Made by a program: the position numbers and the translations under genes. A DNA stretch of 64,000 nt from Eledone cirrhosa (taxonomy: Eukaryota). The stretch is taken from contig OZ024741.1 of assembly GCA_964016885.1 (NCBI GenBank), forward strand, positions 223,758,001-223,822,000. The letters run 5' to 3'. Below are positions 28,192 through 39,882 of this stretch, one piece after another (the stretch's first letter is position 1; every line of letters starts with the position of its first letter). The notes under the pieces are model-generated. The model did not search any database. It was not told the origin of the DNA and saw only the letters and a program-made list of their open reading frames with translations.

Positions 28192-29951
28192 CATTGCTGA
28201 GTGCTATGCAAGCATTTTTCTGTTGAAAACCAGAATGTACTGTCTCCACCATCTCTAACATCAAATTCCATAACAACTATGGAATTTACACCTGCAATGC
28301 TGCGACGTCACCTTAAGAATAAGCGCAACTATACTTCCCCTGGTCTTGATGGTGTTACATACCTGCTTCTCAAACGTGGCGGGTACTTTCTTTTGCACCA
28401 GCTTTCTTTCTTCTTTCAATACTGTCTCAACAATAGTGCTACTCCGGAGCAGTGGAAAACTGCCAGTGTCATTCCCCTGTTCAAAAAGGGCGACCGCACG
28501 TCACCTGTCAACTATCGTCCAGTCAGTCTTACTAGCTGTATTGCCAAACTGATGGAATCCTGTGTCAGAGAAACACTTTGGAACTTCTGGAGCTCTCACA
28601 GCCTCATCCAGCCCTTGCAATTTGGATTTATCCCTAACTCCAGCTGCTGTGATCAGCTTATCGAGTTCCTTGAAGACATTACCCGGATCACTGACAGCGG
28701 CTCATGGGTGGATGTTGTTTACCTTGACTTTGCTAAGGCTTTTAATTCTGTGCCACACAAAAGATTTATGGCGAAACTCTCTGCAATGGGTGTAAGGGAT
28801 GATCTTTTTAACTGGTTGAAATCCTTCATTCTCAGCCAAAAAGAGGTAGTCACAGTTCTAGGACAGCATTCTTCACCATATGAGATGTCATTTAGTGTAC
28901 CACAGGGATCTGTTCTTGGTCCCCTTTTGTTTGTGGCATATATTAATGACATAGATGCCAACTTAAAGAATGCCACGGTACTGAAATATGCAGATGACAT
29001 CAAGCTGTACCTTGAAATCAAAAGGACTGATCCTGAAATCTACAACTCTTTCCTACAATCAGATCTGGACACAATGCAACAATGGATCACAGACTGGCAA
29101 CTGAAACTGGCTGTGGACAAGTGTACCACCATGCATTTTGGGAGGAAAAACCCAGCGTCCACATAATCCCTCCACAACACTGATATCAAGAAGTCCTCAT
29201 GTGAACGTGACCTGGGCATTACTGTCAGCAGCGATTTGCGTTGGACAAAGCACGTCTCTAAGATTGTCAAGAAGGCCGAGGGTGTCTTGGCATCACTCAG
29301 CAAGACCTTTGTTAGCCGCTCTCCAGCCATCTATTTAAAGCTGTATACAGCTATGGCACGACCAATCTTGGAATTCGCATCATCAGTCTGGAACCCCAAT
29401 CTTGCTCAGGACATTGACCTCCTGGAAACTGTTCAGAGACATGCAACCAAGCCCATACCCTCCATCAGACACCTACCATACTTTGAACGCCTTGCTTCCC
29501 TGGGCATGGATTCATTGAAGCTCCGACGTCTGGCAATGGACTTGGTAAACACCCACAAAGTTATTAACCATCTTGCCAACAACAACCCTGAGCACCTTTT
29601 TGATTTCCATGTGTCTAACACACGTGGACATGCCTACAAAGTCAGAAAACAGCACAGCTCCCATGACTTTCGGAAACATTTTTTCACGCTTAGAGTTGCT
29701 GAAGCATGGAACAAACTGCCTGCGTCAGTTGTTAGCTGCCGAGACACTGCATCCTTTAAAACCCTCATGCTTCCTGAAATTCACCAAAACTACACCTGAT
29801 GTACCCCTTCCATACACATGCACACATGTGTATATCATGACTCATGCACTGTTCATTTTCCTGACGTTTGTACATTACCCTATGTACTATACATACACTT
29901 TTGATAAGTTGTAGTGCACCTGAGCACTGTACACAATATTTTCATTCATTC
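28192..29951 (+). mobile_element. CR1/L2-group LINE, 5'-truncated, one premature stop, (TTCA)n tail
   Basis: SPGLDG, NYRPVSL, DFAKAF, VPQGSVLGPLLF, YADD, TRGH, FFTLRV..WNKLP. ORFs 28201 and 29236 are in the same frame, split by TAA at 29164. Confidence 0.95.
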
Positions 29952-30118
29952 GGTAGAGGGTCGGATGCCATGCTTTGCAGCAAAGAGTTACGGCGCTTTA
30001 TGGTCTGAGTTCAAATCCCATCGAGGTTAACTTTCATCCTTACGGGGTCGATAAAATAAAGTACCAGTAATGTACTGGTAATTGCTGGCCTTGTGCCAAA
30101 AGTAGAAATAATTATTAT
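29952..30118 (+). mobile_element. tRNA-derived SINE family 2
   Basis: GAGTTCAAATCCC B-box, TTTCATCCTTACGGGGTCGATAAAATAAAGTACCAG core, ATT tail. Confidence 0.85.
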
Positions 30119-30299
30119 ATGTATATTTGTATATATATGTATATATATGTATGCATATATATATATATACATATATATGCATACATATGTATGCATATAC
30201 ATATATATATATATATACAAATATATATATAAAAATGCATATATATATATATATGTACATATATATATGTGTATATATGTATATATATGCATATATGAG

Positions 30300-30580
30300 T
30301 GGAGGCATAGTGGTATGGATGTTGGACGTATGATCATAATGTCGTGGGTTCAGTTCCTGGGTTGCGTGTTGTGTTCTTGAGCAAAACATTTTATTTCACG
30401 TTGCTCCAGTATACTCAGCTGAAAATGAGTACCAGCAATACCAGGGAGTTATAACCCTACGATGGACTGGCGTCCTGTCCAGAGGGAAGTCTTGTACTCT
30501 CAGTCGCTTTACGCCATGTAACCGGGATAAGGCACCAGTCTAATGAGCCTTTCAGCTTAAAACAGACTTTAGACTTTTTA
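30300..30580 (+). mobile_element. tRNA-derived SINE, shared core plus V-SINE-like domain
   Basis: TTCTTGAGCAAAACATTTTATTTCACGTTGCTCCAG core, then CCCTACGATGGACTGGCGTCCTGTCCAG. Confidence 0.8.
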
Positions 30581-30649
<69 letters not shown>

Positions 30650-31049
30650 TCCATACATACACATACATACATGCATGTATGTATACACACACACAGTTGA
30701 ATGAGAATGCGTGTCTTTTGTGTGTATGTCTACTTGCCTCTAGAGAGGGTTGCATGAAACTTGCCTAGAGCTCTTTAAATATCATGGAACCCCTGATTAC
30801 ATCCCAATTATCCCCTGCCCTTAATCCATCACTACCGTTAACTACTAAATCGGTAAGAATCAGACGGTACTTCCTCGCTCGTAAGTAAAATGTTTTCAGT
30901 ATGCAAAAAGAAAAAATATACATTTGTTTCAGAAAATAATTACAGGGTTATCTCCCATACAACTGTCTATCAGCTATTTCATTCACACACGCATTCTGGC
31001 CACTCAGTGTGTGTATATGTGAATACATATTATATATCAAGTTTAATAC

Positions 31050-31111
<62 letters not shown>

Positions 31112-31114
<3 letters not shown>

Positions 31115-31395
31115 ACTGACACTCCGTCTTTTGCGACGACGAGTGTTACAGTTGATACGCTGAACGGCCTGCTCGTGAAATTAATGTGCAAGCAGCTGGG
31201 CATTCCACAGATACGCCTACCCTTAACTTAGTTCTCAGGGAGATTCAGCGTAACAGAATGTAACAAGACTGGCCAGTTGAGTGAACTGGATTAAATTGAA
31301 ATAAAGTGTCGTGGTCAAGGACTCAACGCAACGCCAGTAATCGAACTCACAACCTTACGATCGTGAGCTGAATACCCTAACCACAAAACCACGTA
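31112..31395 (-). mobile_element. tRNA-derived SINE, shared head with tail type d
   Basis: GGTTGTGAGTTCGATT B-box and GTCCTTGACCACGACACTTTATTTCA core, then an unrelated tail (TTAATTTCACGAGCAGGC). Confidence 0.7.
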
Positions 31396-31507
31396 CTTTC
31401 AACTATATTTGTGAGTGTGTCTGTGTGTGTGTGTACATATATGTATATGTATTGATATATAAACTTATATATAAAGATATGTATGTATGTATATATATAT
31501 ATATATA

Positions 31508-32173
31508 CTAGCAGTGGTACCCGGCGTTGCACGGGATAAGGTATTTTGGAACGCGGGCCGCCAACAGACCTAATCGTAGAAAAACTGCAAGCCTGGACAA
31601 TATGTAAAGAAAATAAACCGAATACTCTGATGGCTGGATAATCTAAGATTTTCCTTGATGAAGCAGGAAAAAGACAGGTTTTCACCTAGGGGATGAAGAA
31701 AATGAATTTTTTTAATGTGCATAATATGCCTTGAAATTTCGGGAAAATCGGCTAGACGTAACGCCTCAAAAAAGCCCTAAAAGCTGAAAAAAATGAAGTT
31801 TTTCACCTAATGCAAGCCCTAGGCCTTAAAAAAGTTGGATTTTCTTTGCTCACGGTATGAAGAAGAAACTGACTAATACATAGTTACAATTTCAAGGAAA
31901 TCACTCTGACGTAACGCCTCAAAAAACCCCTAAAAAGCTTAAAAAACGCAATTTTTCACCTAATGCGGGCCCTAGGGGATCAAAAAGTTGAATTTATGTG
32001 CATAATACTCCCTGAAATATAAGTAATACACATGTAAAGTTTGAAAAAGATCGGTTGGGTACTTCTCGGGTTTCACACACACACACATACATACATACAT
32101 ACATACATACATACATACATACATACATACATACATACATCCTTCCTCAGTTTTATATATATACATATATAGA
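31508..32173 (-). mobile_element. Non-autonomous Helitron-like element
   Basis: Minus strand starts TCTATAT..AAAAC followed by (ATGT)n and ends in the hairpin CCCGTGCAACGCCGGG then CTAG, next to (TA)n; internal duplication 31755/31908. Confidence 0.75.
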
Positions 32174-32186
32174 GTAAAATAACAGA

Positions 32187-32635
32187 TTAAAGTTTAAGCA
32201 AAGAATCGTTGCTTTCACCCTTAATGGGATCTTCTGAAACTAAAAACATAAATCTGTGAACGCAGAAGAAAATATTTCGAAAAACGTTGCAATCAAAGGA
32301 AAACAGGAAGACGATACTTTGGTTCGTGAAGATGTTCCCTGACAATGAACGGATAATAACGAACATAATTATGTCATCAATGTTCGTCAGAATGTCATAA
32401 TGCAGACAGCCAGGCATACAGACAGATATTTTAAGAGTGCGACGGAGAAGGATAACCGGCGCCTAACACCCCTTTAACAACAGAAAAATGAAAAATAAAA
32501 GCTGCAGTTAATATCTTTAGATCGCAAGGAATATATAAATGCAAGTTTGAAGTCTATCGGAGAAGAAACGTGGATTTGTATAGACTTTGCAAAAATGAGG
32601 ACACACACAGACAACTACAGTTTTATATATATATG
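32187..32635 (-). mobile_element. Second Helitron-like 5' fragment
   Basis: AAGTTTGAAG..ATCGG..CAGTTTTATATATA parallels 32036-32165; TTAAAGTTTAAGCAAAGAA recurs at 35678. Confidence 0.45.
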
Positions 32636-33149
32636 TATATACACATGTACATATGTATGTGTATATACATGGGTACATGTGTATGTATATGCATGGGGAC
32701 ATAGAAATAGTGAAGGACCCCTAGCCTTTGTCAGGGCATTCTTCTAGAAGGCAACTCAGGAAACTGGGATAACTCCGATATAAAACCTGCGGCTCAGTAG
32801 TTACCGATGATGTTGATCTTTTCTTCTTTTCGGGTGATAGCTACTGTCGCTCAGAGAGTGGGATTGGCTCAGTGCACAGTCTTTCCTCACTTTAAAAAAT
32901 ATTTTCACGCACAGGCATTGCACAATAGAATTAATTAATAATTATTAATAATGGTATATCATTCAATGGCCATACTCGATAACGTGGCGACAGCCATCAT
33001 AAGTATGTATGTATATATATAGAAGTGGTAACACACACACATACTCATTCATTTGTTCCAGTCGACTAACTAAGGCCATGTTGGGGTACTGCCATTGATG
33101 TAAGAGGGAGTTTGTTGCTGCTGTCCTTATTTGTACTTTCTCTCGTGCT

Positions 33150-34410
33150 GTGAGTCCATCTGAGATCTTGGTTAGCAGAATGTTGTGGTATTTCTTAAAA
33201 ACATTTACATCCACACCATGTAGATCTCTTAGGTTTTTTTGGCAGCTTATTGAAGATCTGGGATCCTTTGAACCCCTGGCTATTGCAATATCTGGTCTTT
33301 ACACTAAATGTGAAAGATAGGACCTTTGGCACTACACATTGGTTAAGGTTAGGTCCAGCTCTCAATGCTAAATGTTGGTACTAGTCCTTTGAGGATCTGC
33401 CATATGTATATCATTGCATATTTCTCCTGTCTTCATTATAGTAAGTAGAGCTTTAGTTTTTTCCACCTTTCTCAGTAGTTCCTCTCTTTCAATGAGGCAA
33501 TCATCTGGTGTAGCTTAATTGCCTCAAGTTCTGCAGTTAGTTTGACAATGTGAGGTGATCACAGCTGAGAGTAATAGTCATGTTGGCATGTTAATCCAGA
33601 AGATTAACATGGTTTCATAATGTCTAGTCCTGAAAGTCCTCAGAATCCAATCTGCTAGTTGTCTGTATATTGCCTCCATTTTGCTGATGTGTGCATAAAA
33701 TGATTCATCATTACTCATGTCAATACCCAGGTCCCGTATTGATTTTGACTCAGGGATTTTCATTCCTTCTGGTCTGGTGTAGCTTTGTTGTAGTAGCCCT
33801 GTGTTTGTGGATTGATAGCAAAGGGCTTGAAATTAAACTGCATATTGTTGCCCTCAGCCCATTTGTATATGGCATCCAAATCTTGTTGGCAGCCAGATTC
33901 TTGATTGCCTGTGTTACTTTTGTGTCATTAGCATAGTTGGTGAGTGAGATTGTCTGTACTACAGAAAGCATGTCTGTGAGAACCACCACAAAGCAGTGGT
34001 CCCAAGACCACTTGTTATTGATGCTTCCTTTGAAGGGGCTTTATTGGCTGACATCTGACATCTGTCTTTTAAAAAGTTGTGATGCCATTTACATAATTCT
34101 CTAACTCTATCACATCCATACTTGAATGGTCTAGCAGCTGTTTCAGTATCCATTCATTATGCTGTAACAGCTGTTTAAGGCAGCTTCTTCCCGAGCAAGA
34201 GCTGGGTGTCAGTTAGTTGGCCACTCTCATCTAGGAACCTGATCAGATTCTTTGTAACAATTCATTCTATAAATTTGCTAATATATGAGGCCCGGCTGAC
34301 AGGTCTGTACTTTTTAGCATTTGCTCTGCTTCCTTCTTATGGAAAGGACATATTATGTCTTCTTTTAGCTTTCCGGATACTTTATCACTTGCAAGGGAAC
34401 TTTGGAAGAG
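33150..34410 (-). mobile_element. Degenerate CR1/L2-group LINE, same family as 16115-17365
   Basis: YANDTKV, IRDLGIDMS, WILRTFRTR motifs; nucleotide similarity to the 16.2-17.0 kb copy. Confidence 0.85.
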
Positions 34411-34763
34411 GATCTGCAGGGGTTTTTATACACACAGATACAAAGCTATTCATTATTTGATGCCTGTTTATCCATGCTGGGTTATGTATATATATATATA
34501 TAACACTATTAACGAAGATCACTGGTATAAATACAGCGTCCTTCGGCCAGCGTCTAGCTCTCTCAACAAATCTAGTGAATTGCAGTTATGCAGCTGCAAT
34601 CACCTGTTCAGAGTGCACACATTTAGTTTTACTGTAGAACATTGGCTGTGTTTTTGATTATATATATATAAAACAGTGATGATGATGATGATATATATAT
34701 ACAGTATATATAGAATAAGAAAATGTGAAGTAGTTGCAGATGTTAAAGTCCTTTATCGGTAAG

Positions 34764-34838
34764 GCTGTGATAGCTATTTCAATGATGACAGTGGCCACGT
34801 GAATCCACCTAACCAGTGCCATGATCTCATCAGACAGC
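34764..34838 (-). ncRNA. Minimal type I hammerhead ribozyme motif (intact core)
   Basis: Minus strand GCTGT-CTGATGA-stem II-GAAA-TAGCTA-TC-ACAGC: 5-bp stem I, palindromic stem III ATAGCTAT, AUC site. Confidence 0.85.
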
Positions 34839-35076
34839 TTCTTTACATAATAAGGTTACGTTCTCGAGGCAATCCAAATTAAAACGACAAGGGAACGGAC
34901 AAAGATGATGTTCTTGAAGCCTTCGCCTGTTCCCTTGTCTGAAACTACTTCTCATTTTCTTATTCTAAATATATTCCGTCACTCCTACGTGGAAAAAGTA
35001 TGTAGAGTGCTTAAATTGAATTGCATCAATGTTTACTGTAAGTATATATATATGTATATATATATATATGTATATA

Positions 35077-35119
<43 letters not shown>

Positions 35120-35250
35120 GTGAGGTTTTTTTTACAAAATGAAAAATAACCGAGGTGTCCTACACGAGTGGAAGTATAAAGAAAAAGAGATGAAATCGAA
35201 AATGCAACTGAAGTCTTATTTTTTTAAAAAATATATATATTTATTTGGTT

Positions 35251-35288
35251 CCTTTACCGGTTTCGCAGTTCTTCTGCTTTTCAAAAGG
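35251..35288 (-). ncRNA. Decayed minimal hammerhead motif
   Basis: Minus strand CCTT-TTGAAAA-GCAG/CTGC-GAAA-CCGG-TA-AAGG, then AATAAA. All stems are intact; the core differs from CTGAAGA by two transitions. Confidence 0.6.
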
Positions 35289-35775
35289 TGAGTTGAGATG
35301 GAGGGTCTGTGGTTTTTCTCATATATATATATATATATGACCAGTAAAAAAAAGAGGGCTCCTATCTATAATTTCAATTACATAGAGGCAAAGCCATCAC
35401 CTTCAACATACATACATGTATATATATATAAATGTGTGTGTGTGTATATATTATTGGCTAGGACTACCTTTCCTATAATAATATTTACACTCTACTTAAG
35501 TATGGAATATTAAGTTAAATAATCATCTTACTAGTCTTAACTCATAAGATCTCATCTGTGTATATATGTGTGTGTGTATATATATATATTATTAGTAGTA
35601 CGGGTTAAATAAAGTACCAGTAATGTACTGGGTGATTGCTGGCCTTGTGCCAATAGTAGAAACAATTATTAGTACGGATTAAAGTTTAAGCAAAGAACCT
35701 CTGCTTATAAATATGCAATCCTTATCGACCCCTCTTCGGATTTTGGTCTTCGTAATTATTATTACTATATATATC

Positions 35776-35804
<29 letters not shown>

Positions 35805-35808
<4 letters not shown>

Positions 35809-36292
35809 TTACATGAAACAAAGTTCTGTTTAAATCATTTATTTGCTTACAATTGTTTCTTCCAAACCGAGGTTTGGAGTCTTCGGAGCAATTATTCAGT
35901 GATTTTTAACATACTTGACCTATGTAAATTACCATGCTATATTATTATGATGGATGTCAACCCACTGTGGGTCAATATATACATATGTTTCTATATGTTT
36001 CTTGTGTTGATAAGGAGGTCAAGTATGTTAAAAATCACTGAATAATTGCTCCGAAGACTCCAAACCTGGTTTGGAAGAAACAATTGTAAGCAAATAAATG
36101 ATTTAAACAGAACTTTGTTTCATGTAATCTCTATACAACTGCTCTGTAGAACAACGGATGTTGTTACATTGAGCTATTTATCTTACTGGTAATAAGATAG
36201 TAATAAATTACTGTCTTTCACTGTTTAGGGTATAAAATATATATAACTATAAAAGGTTTTAGTGTATACATAACCATAAATAGTATCCTTAA

Positions 36293-36294
<2 letters not shown>
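35805..36294 (+). mobile_element. Fold-back hammerhead element, family X copy 1
   Basis: Arms 35805-35921 and 36015-36133. TTGCT-CCGAAGA-stem-GAAA-CAATTG-TA-AGCAA at 36046-36093 (+) and 35843-35891 (-); unpaired tail to 36294. Confidence 0.85.
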
Positions 36295-36351
<57 letters not shown>

Positions 36352-36953
36352 TATATACATGTCTATACATACACATTCATACATACTACATATAAAGAAC
36401 AAACATTCTTATTCTCCCTCTCAGCATGCTGTAGGTAGGTTCCACAGATCATAATGGCCCCTAATGCACTGATTATTACAGTGAAACCTCTTTGCTAAAC
36501 GGAATGATGATGCCAAATGTCTGAGAGTATTTTGGAATCCGCCAATACTTACCGTGCTCAAAATTGATTGAAGTCTGGGGAGAATATTCTGACTTCTGCC
36601 AAACTAAGAACATAGCTTGAAGAACTGAATATATTCTATATTCAGGGTTGAATACTGGAATGTATTCTCTCTACTCTCATTGTGACAAACGTGTGTGTAG
36701 CATTGTGTGTGTATGTGTTTCTATCTGTGTGTGTGTGTGTGTGTGTGTGCATGTTTCTATGTATGTGTAGATCTATATATCTGTGTGCAAACATCTCTTT
36801 GAATGCATATATAAATATGTGTGTATGTATATGTGCAAATCATCATCATCATCGTCATTTTTGCATCCACTTTCCTGTGCCAGCATGGATTGGACAAGGT
36901 ATATTGAGACAATATTTACTAGCTGGATGCCTTTTATATATATATATATAAAT

Positions 36954-37765
36954 GGAAAAAATGAAACGACATTTCATTTCCCACTCTTAGTACGGCTGTT
37001 ACTTAAATATAAGTATGTATACGTACATACATATATGTATACAGACATACAGTAGTATGTATATATATATACATGCACACATACATATATGTACGTATGG
37101 ATTCACCGAACATTTATTATAATGCTCGGTGTGTTTGTAAACAAACATCCCGAATTAAGCTGTACAGTGTCTAGCAACCATCGCTGCTCGTTTGTTCAAC
37201 ACTGACAAAGGAACGCTGTACTAGTTTCAAGCTTATTAGCTATCGTCAGCAACGTATACCTTCCTGCCAGATAGTTGAACGTCTGAAAGTATATACTTTC
37301 CTTATGCATATTAACGGCTGAGTAGCCTAATTTGCATATCGAGTGAGTTAATCGGCCGGGTGCACCGAAAACGATAAACGGAAAAAATGAAACGAAATTT
37401 CATTTCTCACTCTTAGTACGGCTGTTACTTAAATATAAGTATGTATACGTACATATATGTATACAGACGTACAGTAGTATGTATATATATATATACTTTC
37501 AGACGTTCAACCATCTGGCAGGAAGGTATACATTGCTGACGATAGCTAATAAGCTTGAAACTAGTACAGCATTCCTTTGTCAGTATTGAACAAATGAGCA
37601 ACGATGGTTGCTAGACACTGTACGGCTTAATTCGGGATGTTTGTTTACAAACACACCGAGCATTATAATAAATGTTCGGTGAATCCATACGTACATATAT
37701 ATATATATATATACATACTACTTTACGTCTGTATACATATATGTATGTACGTATACATACTTATA
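36954..37765 (-). mobile_element. Fold-back hammerhead element with terminal redundancy (426-nt period)
   Basis: 37008-37295 is inverted at 37490-37765; direct repeat at 36954/37380. CTGACGA-AGCT/AGCT-GAAA-CTAG-TA at 37214-37254 (-) and 37531-37571 (+). Confidence 0.85.
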
Positions 37766-37784
37766 TATATATATATAATCATAT

Positions 37785-38125
37785 CATCATCATTGTCACC
37801 GTTTAAAGTCCACTTTTCCATGTTGGCATGGGTTTGTTGAGTTATCCTGTTGTGAGTAATGCTAGATCAGGTGACAATGTCATGCTCATACAGAACCGAT
37901 TTGGGCTTGGTTTTTACAACTAGATGCCCTTCCTCGTTCAACCTCGTTTACAGTGAGTACTGGGTGCTTTTTGTCTTGATGCCTACACAACCACTTTACA
38001 GTTTGGGCTGGCCGATTTTTGCCGTGACACCTACACAACCACTTCACAGTGTGGGCTGGAGGCTTCACTGGATGTAACTTCAGCTTGTCCTCATGGGAGA
38101 TGTATTGGAGTGGGTGGGGTGGTAT
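37785..38125 (-). mobile_element. Degenerate RTE 3' UTR
   Basis: (ATC)n, GATGCCCTTCCT; similar to 19830-20100. Confidence 0.75.
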
Positions 38126-38176
38126 ATACTATATATATGCTTCAGATACGACCTGGTCGTGTGGGAATATATTCCC

Positions 38177-38535
38177 TTCTTTCGCTGAAAAGAAGTAAGT
38201 GACAGTCACTACTTTAAAATCGATAGCGTATGGTCTTCAAAATGTTTTAAATTAAACATACAGTATATTGCCAAATATACTGTATATACATTCATGTATA
38301 CATCGCTATTTCAGAGCACCAATCCTAATACCTAATTTTTGCTGGACCGTCAATCGCTCTGTATAATCAGCTTCTATAATTTTCGGCGAAAGCAGGGAGT
38401 GCTTAGCTCTGATGATCGCCAAACAGCGATCTCTCTTCTTTCGCCGAAAAGAAGTAAGTGACATAGTCACTACTTTAAAACCGATAGTCTTCAAAATGTT
38501 TTTAATTAAACATACAGTATATTGCCAAATATATA
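38177..38535. repeat. ~100-bp direct repeat of unknown origin
   Basis: TTCTTTCGC(T/C)GAAAAGAAGTAAGTGACA..GTATATTGCCAAATATA at 38177 and 38437. Confidence 0.85.
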
Positions 38536-38542
38536 TATATAT

Positions 38543-39328
38543 ATCATCATCATCATCATCATCATTGTTTAACGTCCGTGTTCCACGCTTGCTTGGGTTT
38601 GGACGGGGGTTTTCCCACTTGAGGCAAGAGTGATTATCTTGCTCGCATAGGACTGTCTGGCGGGTTTTCTACAGCTGGATGCCCTTCCTAACACCAACCA
38701 CATTTACAGTGTGGGGCTGGGAGGTTTTTACCGTGTTGCCTACACGGCCACATTACAGCGTGGACTGTGTGTTTTTTTGACATGACACCTACACGATCTC
38801 ATTTGTTTCGGCCTGGATGTTGTGGCACCAACATAACTTTACATTGAAAGGGGCGGTGTGGATGGGGTGGGGGTGGTGGGACGGGGGTGTATTTTGTTAG
38901 AGATGCCTACTGACTGTAGTAGGTTTTACTTTGTATTTAGGTAAGGCGGGTCTTCTCTATTACTGAGTACCGCCAAAGGTCTCTGTCCAGTGACATTGTC
39001 TTGGAGAGGTGTAAGTGTGTGAGGTCGGAATTTATCAGCTCGTCCCAGGTTTTTCTAGGTCTGCCTATTCCGTGGCTACCGTCTATCTTTATTGCCCTGC
39101 ACTTTGTTATACAGCTATCGTCTTTCATGCGCATCACGTGACCATACCAACGTAGCCTTCTCTCGAGTAAACAACATCTGATCCCTCTTATTTCTAATTT
39201 TTTCCTTAGTTCGTTTATGCTTTGCCGTTCACGTATATTACTGTTACACATCCAGCGGAGCATGCAAGCTTCGTTTCTCTCTAGTCTGCGTATATCCTCT
39301 GCACACAATGACCAGGTCTCACTGCCAT
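38543..39328 (-). mobile_element. RTE LINE 3' part (GSETW to tail)
   Basis: [34 protein letters not shown], 3' UTR, (ATC)n at 38543. Confidence 0.95.
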
Positions 39329-39356
39329 ACATATACATATATATATATACATATAT

Positions 39357-39700
39357 GGAGGCACATGGCTTAGTGGTTAGAGCATTGGCCTTGCAATCGA
39401 AAGGTTGTGAGTTCAATTCTCAGACCGGGTGATGTGTTGTTTCCTTGAGCAAGACACTTTATTTCACATTGCTCCAGTTTACTCAGCTGTAGAAATGAGA
39501 TGATAGGGACTGGGGTCCCTATCATTCCACTGCAAAGTGGTCGTGGAGGTGCCACGGCAAAAAAGCACCCAGCACTCACTGTAAATGAGGTTGGAGTTAG
39601 GAAGGGCATCCAGCTGTAGAAATCAAGCCAGAATCAGTTCCCGTCCCACCCTTGCAAGCAGGGAAAAAGCGGACGTAAAATGAAATGAAATGATGAATGA
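39357..39700 (+). mobile_element. Full-length tRNA-derived SINE with RTE-type tail
   Basis: A and B boxes, shared core, internal hairpin ATGATAGGGAC/GTCCCTATCAT, RTE 3' motif. Confidence 0.9.
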
Positions 39701-39846
<146 letters not shown>

Positions 39847-39882
39847 CAGTTGTACAAATGAGAGAAACAAACCTCAATGAAA

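Noticed and set aside
39357-39430. tRNA gene
   Set aside because: A and B boxes are present but there is no clean cloverleaf, and the sequence continues into a multi-copy SINE body.
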